A model generated the notes under the pieces. The model saw only the letters and a list, made by a program, of their open reading frames with translations. It was not told the origin of the DNA and searched no databases. DNA of 64,000 nt from Acidimicrobiia bacterium. Lineage in GTDB: Bacteria > Actinomycetota > Acidimicrobiia > Acidimicrobiales > VFJN01. Both the position numbers and the translations under genes were made by a program. Location: positions 29,693 to 93,692 of the forward strand of contig VSCH01000005.1 in NCBI GenBank assembly GCA_047459075.1, read 5' to 3'. This document shows, piece after piece, positions 1 through 7,997 of the stretch (positions within the stretch are counted from its first letter, which is position 1; the number at the start of each line of letters is the position of its first letter).

Positions 1-1
1 G

Positions 2-898
2 TCAGGTCTCGAGGGGGAGGACCTCGGCGGCCAGCTCGTCCAGCTCGGCGTCCCAGTCGGGCGGCTCCTCGACGGGCACGACGACGAACTTCGACGCCCC
101 GACGGCGACGAACCGCTGCAGCTGGCGCCGCAGGCCGTCGACGCCGGAGGGCACGACGTCCCGGGGATCGAAATCGGGGCGGCGGGAGCTGACCACGGCG
201 GCCACCGCCGGCGGCAGCTCGCCCCGCACGTAGGGGACGAGCACGCCGAGGTGCTCGGGGTCGATCGTGCGGCCGTGCTCGGCGGCCACGGCGGTGATCG
301 TCGCCCACCCCGCCTCGACCTCGGCGGGCACGGTGAACGACGGCAGCCAGCCGTCGCCCAGCCGGCCGGTCCGCCGCAGCTCGGACGGCGACGTACCGCC
401 CAGCCACACGTCGACGTGGTCCTGGACCGGCTTGGGCCGCAGGGTGACCCCCTCGACCCGGAAGTGCTCGCCGTCGTGGTGGACGTCGTCCTCGGTCCAC
501 AGCCGGCGGATCAGCGTGAGCGCCTCGTCGAAGAGCCCGGCCCGGGCCCGCCGGTCGACGCCGAAGGCCCGGTGCTCCGCCGGCACCGGCGCGCCGAGAC
601 CGACGGCCGGCAGCAGGCGGCCGCCGGACAGGCGGTCGAGGCTGGCGAGCTCCTTGGCCACGACGACCGGGTTGCGGCCGGGGAGGACGAGCACGCTCGT
701 GCCCAGCTTCAACCGCCGGGTGCGCCCGGCGGCGACGGCCAGGCCCACCAACGGGTCCGGCGCCGGGCCGGTGAGGCGCTCGCTGAGCCACAGCGAGTCG
801 AAGCCCCGCCGCTCGAGCCCGTCGACCAGCGCCGGGAACCGCTCGGCGTCGCCGGCCGGCGTCTGCGTGCCGAGCCCGAAGCCGATGCGCACCTTCAC
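2..898 (-). CDS. LLM-class (luciferase-like) F420-dependent oxidoreductase
   Basis: 298-aa ORF with a GTG start at 898. It shows the luciferase-like monooxygenase layout (KVRIGFGLG, SLWLSERL, GRLLPAVGLG, WLGG). F420 biosynthesis genes are present in the same window. Confidence 0.75.
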   Translation of the reverse strand: MKVRIGFGLGTQTPAGDAERFPALVDGLERRGFDSLWLSERLTGPAPDPLVGLAVAAGRTRRLKLGTSVLVLPGRNPVVVAKELASLDRLSGGRLLPAVGLGAPVPAEHRAFGVDRRARAGLFDEALTLIRRLWTEDDVHHDGEHFRVEGVTLRPKPVQDHVDVWLGGTSPSELRRTGRLGDGWLPSFTVPAEVEAGWATITAVAAEHGRTIDPEHLGVLVPYVRGELPPAVAAVVSSRRPDFDPRDVVPSGVDGLRRQLQRFVAVGASKFVVVPVEEPPDWDAELDELAAEVLPLET

Positions 899-938
899 GC
901 CGCCGCTCCCCTCCCCCGCCGCCGGCCGGTCCCCGAGG

Positions 939-1886
939 TCAGAAGACGATCAGCCGCTCGGCCAGCTCGGCGACCTCGTCGATGTCGCCGGTCCAGGCCC
1001 CGGTGGACAGGTACTTCCACCCGCCGTCCGCGAGGACGACGACGATCGTGCCGGTGTCGATCTCGCCGGCCACCCGGGCCGCGCCGGCCATGGCCGCCCC
1101 GCCGGAGATGCCGGAGAACACCCCGACGTCGGTGAGCCGGCGGGTCCACTCGATCGACTCCCGGGGCCGGACGATGCGCTTGCGGTCGAGCAGGTCGGGC
1201 CCGCCCCACTTCTCGTAGATGGGCGGGATGTAGCCCTCGTCCAGGTTCCGCAGGCCCTCGACCCGCTCGCCGAGCGGCGGCTCGATGGCCACCACCTTGA
1301 CGTCGGGGTTCTGCTCCTTGAGGTAGCGCCCGACGCCCATCAACGTGCCGGTGGTGCCGAGCCCGGCGACGAAGTGCGTGACCTCGGGGCAGTCCCGCCA
1401 GATCTCCGGGCCCGTGCCCTCGTAGTGGGCCCGGGGGTTGGCCTCGTTGGCGTACTGGTAGAGGAAGGCCCACTCGGGGTGCTCGTCGGCCAGCTCGCGG
1501 GCGTGGCGGACGGCGCCGTTCGACCCCTCGGCCCCGGGCGTGGTGATGATCTCGGCGCCCCACACCTCCAGCGCCTGGCGGCGCTCGACCGACACGTTCT
1601 CGGGCATGACGATCGTGATCGGGTAGCCCTTGATGCGGGCGATCATCGACAGGGCGATGCCCGTGTTGCCCGAGGACGGCTCGATGATCCTCTTCCCGGG
1701 GGTGAGCGTGCCGTCGGCCTCGGCCTCCTCGACCATGCGCAGGGCGACGCGGTCCTTCACCGACCCGGCGGGGTTCTGCCCCTCGAGCTTCGCCAGGATG
1801 CGCACGCCCGGGTTGGGGCTGAGCGCGCTGACGTCGAGCATCGGGGTGTTGCCGATCAGTTCGAGGATCGAGGAGTGGACGGCCAC
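939..1886 (-). CDS. cysM: PLP-dependent cysteine synthase, CysM-type
   Basis: Contains the PLP-lysine motif NPAGSVKDR plus SSGNTG and GLGTTGT. I chose the GTG at 1886 (VAVHSSILELIGNTPML), giving 315 aa. The upstream part of track ORF 939..2312 is Arg/Pro-rich junk that overlaps mec. Confidence 0.85.
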   Translation of the reverse strand: MAVHSSILELIGNTPMLDVSALSPNPGVRILAKLEGQNPAGSVKDRVALRMVEEAEADGTLTPGKRIIEPSSGNTGIALSMIARIKGYPITIVMPENVSVERRQALEVWGAEIITTPGAEGSNGAVRHARELADEHPEWAFLYQYANEANPRAHYEGTGPEIWRDCPEVTHFVAGLGTTGTLMGVGRYLKEQNPDVKVVAIEPPLGERVEGLRNLDEGYIPPIYEKWGGPDLLDRKRIVRPRESIEWTRRLTDVGVFSGISGGAAMAGAARVAGEIDTGTIVVVLADGGWKYLSTGAWTGDIDEVAELAERLIVF

Positions 1887-1936
1887 GGCGAGGTCCCGGA
1901 GGTCGGCGGGCGGAAATTCCGAGTTGCGCAGTCGGC

Positions 1937-1942
1937 AATCTA
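1937..1942 (-). promoter_or_regulatory. candidate -10 hexamer (TAGATT) for cysM in the mec-cysM spacer
   Basis: TAnnnT hexamer on the minus strand, about 50 nt upstream of the GTG at 1886. Confidence 0.25.
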
Positions 1943-1963
1943 CCGACGAGGGGGCGGGGGCGC

Positions 1964-2383
1964 CTACCCCGCGGCGGTGGCGTCGACGAGCCGCACGGGC
2001 TCCTCGGTGATCTCGCCGTCGACGATGCGGTACGAGCGGAGGACCGGCGACTCCCGCTTCAGCGACACGATGACGTAGTGCCACGACGGCACCGGCGCCT
2101 GGGCCACGTCGGTGGGCGACGGGTAGGCCTCGGTGTGGGTGTGGCTGTGCACGACACCGATGATCTCGAGGCCCCGGCCCTCGGCGTCGCGGTCGGCCCG
2201 CAGGTGGTCGCGGGGGTCGACCGTGTAGACGCGGCTGGACGCGGCGGCGTTGCGGCACGGGTAGAACACGGTGGCCGTGTCCGAGCCCGGCTCGCCGGCC
2301 AGCAGGCCGCACGCCTCGTCCGGCAGACCGCCGTAGGCGTGGCCCACCACCTCGTGCCAGACGTCCTCGGTCAGCGACAGCAC
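1964..2383 (-). CDS. mec: JAMM/MPN+ metalloprotease (Mec-like)
   Basis: 139 aa with the JAMM motif HSHTHTEAYPSPTD and an upstream EACGLL. It lies adjacent to cysM, as in mycobacterial mec-cysO-cysM. Confidence 0.8.
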   Translation of the reverse strand: MLSLTEDVWHEVVGHAYGGLPDEACGLLAGEPGSDTATVFYPCRNAAASSRVYTVDPRDHLRADRDAEGRGLEIIGVVHSHTHTEAYPSPTDVAQAPVPSWHYVIVSLKRESPVLRSYRIVDGEITEEPVRLVDATAAG

Positions 2384-2390
2384 GGCCGGC

Positions 2391-2396
2391 AGGCTA
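2391..2396 (-). promoter_or_regulatory. candidate -10 hexamer (TAGCCT), leaderless promoter of mec
   Basis: TAGCCT on the minus strand, 7 nt before the GTG at 2383. No Shine-Dalgarno sequence is present. Confidence 0.4.
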
Positions 2397-2406
2397 GCCC
2401 CGGGGG

Positions 2407-2422
2407 CGGTCGGCGCCGACCG
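2407..2422. repeat. perfect 16-bp palindrome CGGTCGGCGCCGACCG
   Basis: Read directly from the sequence. It is centred between the divergent mec and smpB -10 candidates. Confidence 0.9.
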
Positions 2423-2426
2423 GCGG

Positions 2427-2432
2427 TACCCT
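2427..2432 (+). promoter_or_regulatory. candidate -10 hexamer (TACCCT) for smpB
   Basis: TAnnnT hexamer 13 nt before the ATG at 2446, which implies a very short leader. Confidence 0.25.
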
Positions 2433-2445
2433 GACCCGTCCTCCT

Positions 2446-2931
2446 ATGGCCCGCACGAAGACTCCGCCCGGCACCCAGCTCATCGCCAGCAACCGACGGG
2501 CGCGGCGCAACTACGACATCCTCGAGACCATCGAGGCCGGCCTCGTCCTGCGCGGCAGCGAGGTCAAGTCGCTGCGCGAGGCGCGCGTGCAGCTCGGCGA
2601 CGCCTACGCGCGCATCGAGGACGGCGAGGCCTGGCTGGAGTCGATGCACATCGGCGTCTACGAGCACTCGCAGCGCCACAGCGGTCACGAGCCGGAGCGG
2701 CGGCGCAAGCTGCTGCTCCACCGGGCCGAGATCGACCGGCTGCGCCAGATCGTCGAGGAGCAGCACCTGACCCTCGTGCCGCTGTCGATCTACTTCAAGA
2801 ACGGCATCGCCAAGGTCGAGCTGGCCCTGGCCCGGGGCCGCAAGACCTACGACAAGCGCCGGGTGCTGGCCGAGCGCGACGCCGCCCGCGAGGCGCAGCG
2901 GGCCATGGCCCGGGCCGGGCGGGACGACTGA
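2446..2931 (+). CDS. smpB: SsrA-binding protein SmpB
   Basis: 161 aa. Typical SmpB sequence: NRRARRNYDILETIEAGLVLRGSEVKSLR ... KLLLHRAEI ... YFKNGIAKVELALARGKK-like. Confidence 0.95.
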   Translation: MARTKTPPGTQLIASNRRARRNYDILETIEAGLVLRGSEVKSLREARVQLGDAYARIEDGEAWLESMHIGVYEHSQRHSGHEPERRRKLLLHRAEIDRLRQIVEEQHLTLVPLSIYFKNGIAKVELALARGRKTYDKRRVLAERDAAREAQRAMARAGRDD

Positions 2932-2959
2932 CCGACGGCCGGGGCGCCGGCCGCCGGGG

Positions 2960-3610
2960 TCACGACGGCCAGCCGACGATGGGCGCGACCAGGTCCTCGG
3001 GGTCGGTCACGACCTCGTAGCCGTCCCGCTCGACCAGCCACTCGAGGTTGCGCAGGTGCAGCTCGTCGTCGGGGTCGAAGCGGTTGAGCACGACCGTCAG
3101 CGGCCGCCGCCCGAACGGGGCGGCCGCGAGCCGCACGGCGTTGACGACGCCGAGGCCGGCGTCGGCCACCAGCACGACGTGCTCCGGGTCGAGCGCCTCG
3201 GCCAGGGTGACGGCGTCGCCGTCGTCCGCCAGCGGCGAGCGCACCCCGCCGGCGGTCTCGACCAGCCCGACGCCGACGGCCGGCGGCCAGGCCAGCTCGT
3301 CCACGAGGTCGGCGATCGTGAACCCCGGCCGGCCGAGCGCCGCGGCCGCCATGGGCGGGGCCATCGCCGCCGGGTACCAGCGGTGACGGGGGCAGACGAT
3401 GGCCGGGTGGTCGCCGGCGGCGTGGGCCAGCAGCGCGGCGTCGGTCTCGGTCGGGTCGTCGTCGGGGTCGTAGGACTGGACGGGCTTGCGCACGGCCACG
3501 ATCAGGCCCCGGCGCCGCAGGGCCCGGACGAGCCGGCACGCCACCCAGGTCTTGCCGACCTCGGTGCCGGTGCCGGCGACGAGCACGAGCCGCTCAGGAC
3601 GGTTGGCCAC
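2960..3610 (-). CDS. bioD: dethiobiotin synthetase
   Basis: P-loop GTGTEVGKTW near the N-terminus. GTG start at 3610 (VANRPERLVLVAG), 216 aa. Overlaps the bioF stop by 17 nt. Confidence 0.85.
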   Translation of the reverse strand: MANRPERLVLVAGTGTEVGKTWVACRLVRALRRRGLIVAVRKPVQSYDPDDDPTETDAALLAHAAGDHPAIVCPRHRWYPAAMAPPMAAAALGRPGFTIADLVDELAWPPAVGVGLVETAGGVRSPLADDGDAVTLAEALDPEHVVLVADAGLGVVNAVRLAAAPFGRRPLTVVLNRFDPDDELHLRNLEWLVERDGYEVVTDPEDLVAPIVGWPS

Positions 3611-4802
3611 GGCCCTCCCGGGACGGCGCGGGCGGCGACGGGCGGTCGGTGGCGCCGGGGGGCGCCGCCGCGGGCAGCGCCGCCAGCGCGGCCACGAGCC
3701 GGTCGACCTGGTCGTCGGTGTGCGCGGCGGACAGCGCCACGCGCAGGCGCGAGGTGCCGGGCGGCACCGTCGGCGGCCGGATGGCGGGCACGAGCAGGCC
3801 CTGCTCCAGCAGCGCGCCGGCCGCGGCCACGGCGGCGGCCTCCTCCCCCACGACCACCGGCACGATGGGCGTCGGGTGGCCGGGGCGCACCCGGTCGACG
3901 TTGCGCCGGAGCCGGCCGAGCAGCGCGGCCCCCTCGGGCGACCGCAGGACCCGGAGGGCGGCCAGGCCGGCGGCGGTGTCGGCCGGCGTCGGCGCGGTCG
4001 TGAAGATGAAGGGCCGGGCCCGGTTGACGAGCAGGTCGACGTAGCGGCGGGGCCCCGCGACGAACCCGCCGAGCGCACCCAGCGCCTTGGACAGCGTGCC
4101 GACGCGCAGCAGCGGCACGTCCCGGGCCGCGGCGGCCGCCGGGTCGACGTCGGGCCCGATGACGGCGTGGGCCTCGTCGAGCACGACGAGCGCGTCGTGG
4201 GCGGCGCAGACGTCGAGGAGGCCCTCGACGTCGACGACGTCGCCGTCCATCGAGAACGCGCTGTCGGTGACGACGAGCGCCGGGCCCCGGGCCTCGGCGG
4301 TCACCTCGACGAGCAGCTTGGCCAGGTGGTCGAGGTCGGCGTGGCGGTACACGCGCACCCGGGCCCGGGCCAGGCGGGCGCCGTCGACGATCGACGCGTG
4401 GTTCAGCTCGTCGGAGAGGATCGTCACGTCCTCGCCGCCCAGGGCGGTCAGCACCCCGACGTTGGCGGCGAAGCCGGTCGGGAAGGTCAGGGCGGCCTCG
4501 GTGCCCTTCCAGTCGGCCAGCTCGGCCTCGAGCTCGGCGTGCACCGGGCGGGAGCCGACGACCAGCCGGGACGCCCCGGCGCCGGCGCCCCAGCGGTCGA
4601 GCGCCTCGTGGGCGGCGGCCACCACCGCCGGGTGGTGGGTGAGGCCGAGGTAGTCGTTCGAGGCGAAGGTGACGACCGGACGGCCGTCCAGCTCCCCCGT
4701 CACCGGCCCGGTGGTGGCGATCGGCCGGGTCGCGCGCCAGCGCCCCGCCGCCCGCACGGCGTCGAGCTCGGCCTCGACGCGCCGGTCCCACGCGCCCCTC
4801 AT
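3594..4802 (-). CDS. bioF: 8-amino-7-oxononanoate synthase
   Basis: 402 aa alpha-oxoamine synthase with SNDYLGL, DEAH and the PLP-lysine motif GTLSKALG. Confidence 0.9.
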   Translation of the reverse strand: MRGAWDRRVEAELDAVRAAGRWRATRPIATTGPVTGELDGRPVVTFASNDYLGLTHHPAVVAAAHEALDRWGAGAGASRLVVGSRPVHAELEAELADWKGTEAALTFPTGFAANVGVLTALGGEDVTILSDELNHASIVDGARLARARVRVYRHADLDHLAKLLVEVTAEARGPALVVTDSAFSMDGDVVDVEGLLDVCAAHDALVVLDEAHAVIGPDVDPAAAAARDVPLLRVGTLSKALGALGGFVAGPRRYVDLLVNRARPFIFTTAPTPADTAAGLAALRVLRSPEGAALLGRLRRNVDRVRPGHPTPIVPVVVGEEAAAVAAAGALLEQGLLVPAIRPPTVPPGTSRLRVALSAAHTDDQVDRLVAALAALPAAAPPGATDRPSPPAPSREGRGQPS

Positions 4803-4901
4803 CGCGGTACCCTGCCGGGCCCGCGCCGCCCGCCGGCGCCGTGCGTCCTGGCCTGCATCGGGACGCAGCGTAGGACGGGTCGGGGCGTCACATCCCGCCG
4901 G

Positions 4902-4907
4902 TACACT
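4902..4907 (+). promoter_or_regulatory. candidate -10 hexamer (TACACT) for ssrA precursor
   Basis: TAnnnT hexamer about 20 nt upstream of the mature 5' GGGG. This would give a short RNase P-processed leader. Confidence 0.3.
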
Positions 4908-4927
4908 GAGGTGCTGCTACTTGACAA

Positions 4928-5318
4928 GGGGCTGATCGGTTTCGACGTCGAGACCGGGAGCTGGACCGTGCGACCGGAGTTGCTCAGACTCCTTAAACGG
5001 GGCACCAGAACAACTGCCGACAACGAGCAGTACGCCCTCGCCGCCTGATCCAACCCAGGTGGACGAGAGCGATAGCGACCAGCAATGGCACGCGGGGCCA
5101 GATCACCGCAGCCTGGCAACAGAAGCGGTGGTTGACGGCGGGAAAGACCGCTGACGGTGGGAAAGACCACTGACACCGGGGAAAGACCCGGCGGCGGTCC
5201 TCTTCGCAGGGCCAACCGACCCGGCGGTGCGGCAGCCGTGAAGCCGCGATCACGGGAATGGTCGTAGCGCGGTCAGTGACCGCTCGACGGACGGGGGTTC
5301 GATTCCCCCCAGCTCCAC
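4928..5318 (+). ncRNA. ssrA: tmRNA (transfer-messenger RNA)
   Basis: The 5' end is GGGGCTGATCGGTTTCGAC. The 3' tRNA-like end is GGACGGGGGTTCGATTCCCCCCAGCTCCAC, and acceptor arms GGGGCTG and CAGCTCC pair. The internal tag frame GCC GAC AAC GAG CAG TAC GCC CTC GCC GCC TGA (5016..5048) encodes ADNEQYALAA. The terminal CCA is not fully encoded. Confidence 0.9.
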
Positions 5319-5323
5319 GCGAC

Positions 5324-5346
5324 GGGCCGGCCGCCAGGGCCGGCCC
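5324..5346 (+). terminator. GC-rich hairpin after ssrA (GGGCCGGCC-gccag-GGCCGGCCC)
   Basis: Perfect 9-bp stem with a 5-nt loop, 6 nt after the tmRNA 3' end. There is no U tract, which is common in high-GC actinobacteria. Confidence 0.55.
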
Positions 5347-5425
5347 GTCCCGCGCCCGGGCGTGGCGACGCGCCCGGTCCGGCCCGTAAGGTCGCCGCTC
5401 CCCGACCTGGAGAGGCGCACCGACG

Positions 5426-6664
5426 ATGGACCTGCTCGTCACGAACGCGACCCTGCTCGACCTCGAGTCCGGCGAGCGGATCGAGGGGTCGTCGGTGCGG
5501 GTCGAGGGGCGGCGCATCGTCGAGGTCGGCCGCGGCGAGCGGCTGCGGGCGGGCGACGAGGTCACCCGCATCGACGCCGGCGGCCGGACGCTGCTCCCCG
5601 GCCTGATCGACGCCCACGTCCACGCCGCGCTGACCACCATGGACCTCGCCGCCCTCGGGCGCCGGCCGCCGACCCGCATCGGCATCGAGGCCAAGGCGAT
5701 CCTCGAGGGGATGCTCCGGCGCGGCTTCACCACCGTCCGCGACGCCGGCGGCCTGGACCGGGGCATCGCCGAGGCCCTCGAGGCCGGGCTGATCACCGGG
5801 CCCCGCGTCCTGCGCTCGGGGCGGGTGCTGAGCCAGACCGGCGGCCACGGCGACACCGTGCCGGTCGGGGACGAGCCCCACCTCTGCGCCTGCCGGATCC
5901 GCTCGACCGGCTTCGCCCACGTCGCCGACGGGCCCGACGCCGTGCGCCGGGCCGCCCGCGAGGAGCTGAAGGGCGGCGCCCACCAGATCAAGGTCATGGC
6001 CGGCGGCGGGGTGGCCACGCCGACCGACCCCATCGACATGGTCCAGTACACCCGGGCGGAGATCGAGGCCGCGGTCGAGGAGGCGGCGGCCCGGCGCACC
6101 TACGCCTTCGCCCACGCCTACGTCCCCGACGCCATCGTCCGGGCGGTCGAGGCCGGCGTGCGGTCGATCGAGCACGGCAACCTGCTCGACGCCGAGGCGG
6201 CCCGGGTCATGGCCGCACACGGCTGCTACCTCGTGCCGACGCTCGTCACCTACGACGCCATCGCGGCCTTCGGCCGCCAGCTCGGGTTCCCGGCCGGGAG
6301 CCTGCGGAAGCTGGACGAGGTGATCGACGCCGGGGCGCGCGCCATCGAGCTGGCGCTCGATGCCGGCGTGCGGGTCGGCTTCGGCACCGACCTGCTCGGC
6401 GAGACCCACGACCAGCAGTCCCGGGAGCTCGAGCTGCGGGCCCGGGTGCAGCCACCGCTGGACGTGCTGCGGTCGGCGACCCTGGTCAACGCCGAGCTGC
6501 TCGGCCTGGCCGGCGAGGTCGGCGTCGTCGCGCCGGGCGCGAGCGCCGACCTGCTGCTGGTGGACGGCGACCCGCTCGCCGACATCGGCGTGCTCGTCGG
6601 CCCCGGCGACCACCTCGACCTCGTCGTGCGCGCCGGCGAGGTCGTCGTCCACCGGCTCGCCTGA
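5426..6664 (+). CDS. metal-dependent amidohydrolase family protein
   Basis: 412 aa with GLIDAHVH (HxH metal site), a later KVMAGGG, and HAY ... IEHG ... GTD motifs. GGAGAGG Shine-Dalgarno sequence upstream of the ATG. Confidence 0.85.
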   Translation: MDLLVTNATLLDLESGERIEGSSVRVEGRRIVEVGRGERLRAGDEVTRIDAGGRTLLPGLIDAHVHAALTTMDLAALGRRPPTRIGIEAKAILEGMLRRGFTTVRDAGGLDRGIAEALEAGLITGPRVLRSGRVLSQTGGHGDTVPVGDEPHLCACRIRSTGFAHVADGPDAVRRAAREELKGGAHQIKVMAGGGVATPTDPIDMVQYTRAEIEAAVEEAAARRTYAFAHAYVPDAIVRAVEAGVRSIEHGNLLDAEAARVMAAHGCYLVPTLVTYDAIAAFGRQLGFPAGSLRKLDEVIDAGARAIELALDAGVRVGFGTDLLGETHDQQSRELELRARVQPPLDVLRSATLVNAELLGLAGEVGVVAPGASADLLLVDGDPLADIGVLVGPGDHLDLVVRAGEVVVHRLA

Positions 6665-6733
6665 CCGGCCGGTGGCGTGACCGGGAGCGAGGTCGGACGG
6701 CACCGGCCCGCCGCGCCGTCCCGGCCCCGGCGC

Positions 6734-6913
6734 TCAGCCGGTCCCCGGCGGCAGCGTGGCGGTCGTCGTCGCCGTCGTCGCGCTCGGCCCACCGGTGGCG
6801 TCGGCCGGCAGGGTCTCACCGGTCGGGCGGGGGCGCGGGCCGGTGCACGTCGTGCCGAGCGCGGCGAGCCCGACCACGAGCAGGACGATGGCGACGATCC
6901 AGGCGACTCGCAC
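6734..6913 (-). CDS. hypothetical small membrane-anchored protein with a Thr-rich tail
   Basis: 59 aa from the GTG at 6913 (VRVAWIVAIVLLVVGLAALGTTC ... ATTATTTATLPPGTG). It has one hydrophobic helix. There is no homology evidence and the start is uncertain. Confidence 0.25.
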   Translation of the reverse strand: MRVAWIVAIVLLVVGLAALGTTCTGPRPRPTGETLPADATGGPSATTATTTATLPPGTG

Positions 6914-6984
6914 GGCGTTGACCGTACTGCGCGGAGGGTGGCGAACCCGTCCACGGGCCCGGGGCCGCGCCGCCCGCCGGACCG

Positions 6985-7893
6985 TCACTCCATCGCCGGG
7001 GCGCCGGCCACCGACGGCTCGGCGGGCTCGGCCCGCACGACCAGCACGACGCCGCCGGCGATGAGCAGGGCCGCCGGCACCGCGGAGAGCGGCGGCACCT
7101 CGTCGAAGAACACCCAGGCCAGGAGGGCCGAGCCGACGATCTCGAAGAGGATGGCGACCGACACGACCATCGGGCTCGTCGTCCGCAGCACCCGGTTGAC
7201 CAGCGTGTGGCCGAGCAGCTGCGGACCGACGACGAGCCCGACGAGCAGCCACCAGGTCGTGGCGTCGTAGCCGGCGAGCGCCTGGCCGCCGGCCGCGCAC
7301 ACGACGAGCAGGACGGCGCCGGCCACCGCGTAGCAGGCCAGCGCGTAGACCGCGGTCGAGACCGTGCGCCGCACCTCGGCGCCGACGGTCACGTAGGCCG
7401 CGGCCAGCGCGCCCCCGGCCACGGCGAGCAGGTCGCCGACCAGCGCCCGGGCGGAGATCGACAGGTCGATGCCGGTGAGCAGCACCGTGCCGGCCATGGC
7501 GGTGGCGATGCCGAGCCACGCGGCCCGGGGGACGTGCTCACCCCGCCAGCGGGCGACGAGCGCGGCCCAGGCCGGCTGGGTGGCGACGAGGGCGACCGAG
7601 GACGCCACCGAGGTGAACGACAGGCTCGGCACCCAGGTGCCGAAGTGCGCCGCCAGGAACAGGCCCGACAGCGCCGCCAGGCGCCCCTCGCGCCCCCGGA
7701 GGCGGCGCAGCTCGCGCCGGCCGCGGGCGCCGGCCACGGCCAGCGCGGCGAGCACGGGCAGGGCGAGCGCGTTGCGCCAGAACGCCACGGCCAGCGACGG
7801 GGCCTCGGCGCCCCGGATCAGCGGCGCCGAGGTCGACACCGCCACGACCGCGAGCCCCAGCAGCGCGAGGTCGAGGGTGGGCGGGCGCGCCAT
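6985..7893 (-). CDS. EamA/DMT-family transporter
   Basis: Ten-TM-like hydrophobic pattern with duplicated EamA halves. I prefer the ATG at 7893 (MARPPTLDLALLG). The track ORF extends to a GTG at 7980. Confidence 0.8.
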   Translation of the reverse strand: MARPPTLDLALLGLAVVAVSTSAPLIRGAEAPSLAVAFWRNALALPVLAALAVAGARGRRELRRLRGREGRLAALSGLFLAAHFGTWVPSLSFTSVASSVALVATQPAWAALVARWRGEHVPRAAWLGIATAMAGTVLLTGIDLSISARALVGDLLAVAGGALAAAYVTVGAEVRRTVSTAVYALACYAVAGAVLLVVCAAGGQALAGYDATTWWLLVGLVVGPQLLGHTLVNRVLRTTSPMVVSVAILFEIVGSALLAWVFFDEVPPLSAVPAALLIAGGVVLVVRAEPAEPSVAGAPAME

Positions 7894-7997
7894 CGGCGCC
7901 GGCGGCGGTCCGGCCGGCGAGGGGGCGCCGGGACGGGGGGACGGCGACGGCGAGGTCATGGCCGCCGACCAGGCTGACACGTCCCCGGCCCGACCCC

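Noticed and set aside
1887-1963. Hidden cysO/ThiS-like gene between mec and cysM
   Set aside because: The spacer is only 77 nt long and has no ORF of suitable size in any frame.
939-2312. Long 457-aa version of cysM
   Set aside because: The first roughly 140 residues are Arg/Pro-rich and overlap mec in another frame. CysM-type enzymes are about 310-325 aa. The GTG at 1886 gives the canonical N-terminus before NTPML.
4921-4926. TTGACA hexamer immediately upstream of the tmRNA 5' end as a -35 box
   Set aside because: It abuts the mature GGGG 5' end, so there is no room for a spacer and a -10 element. It is probably part of the precursor leader.
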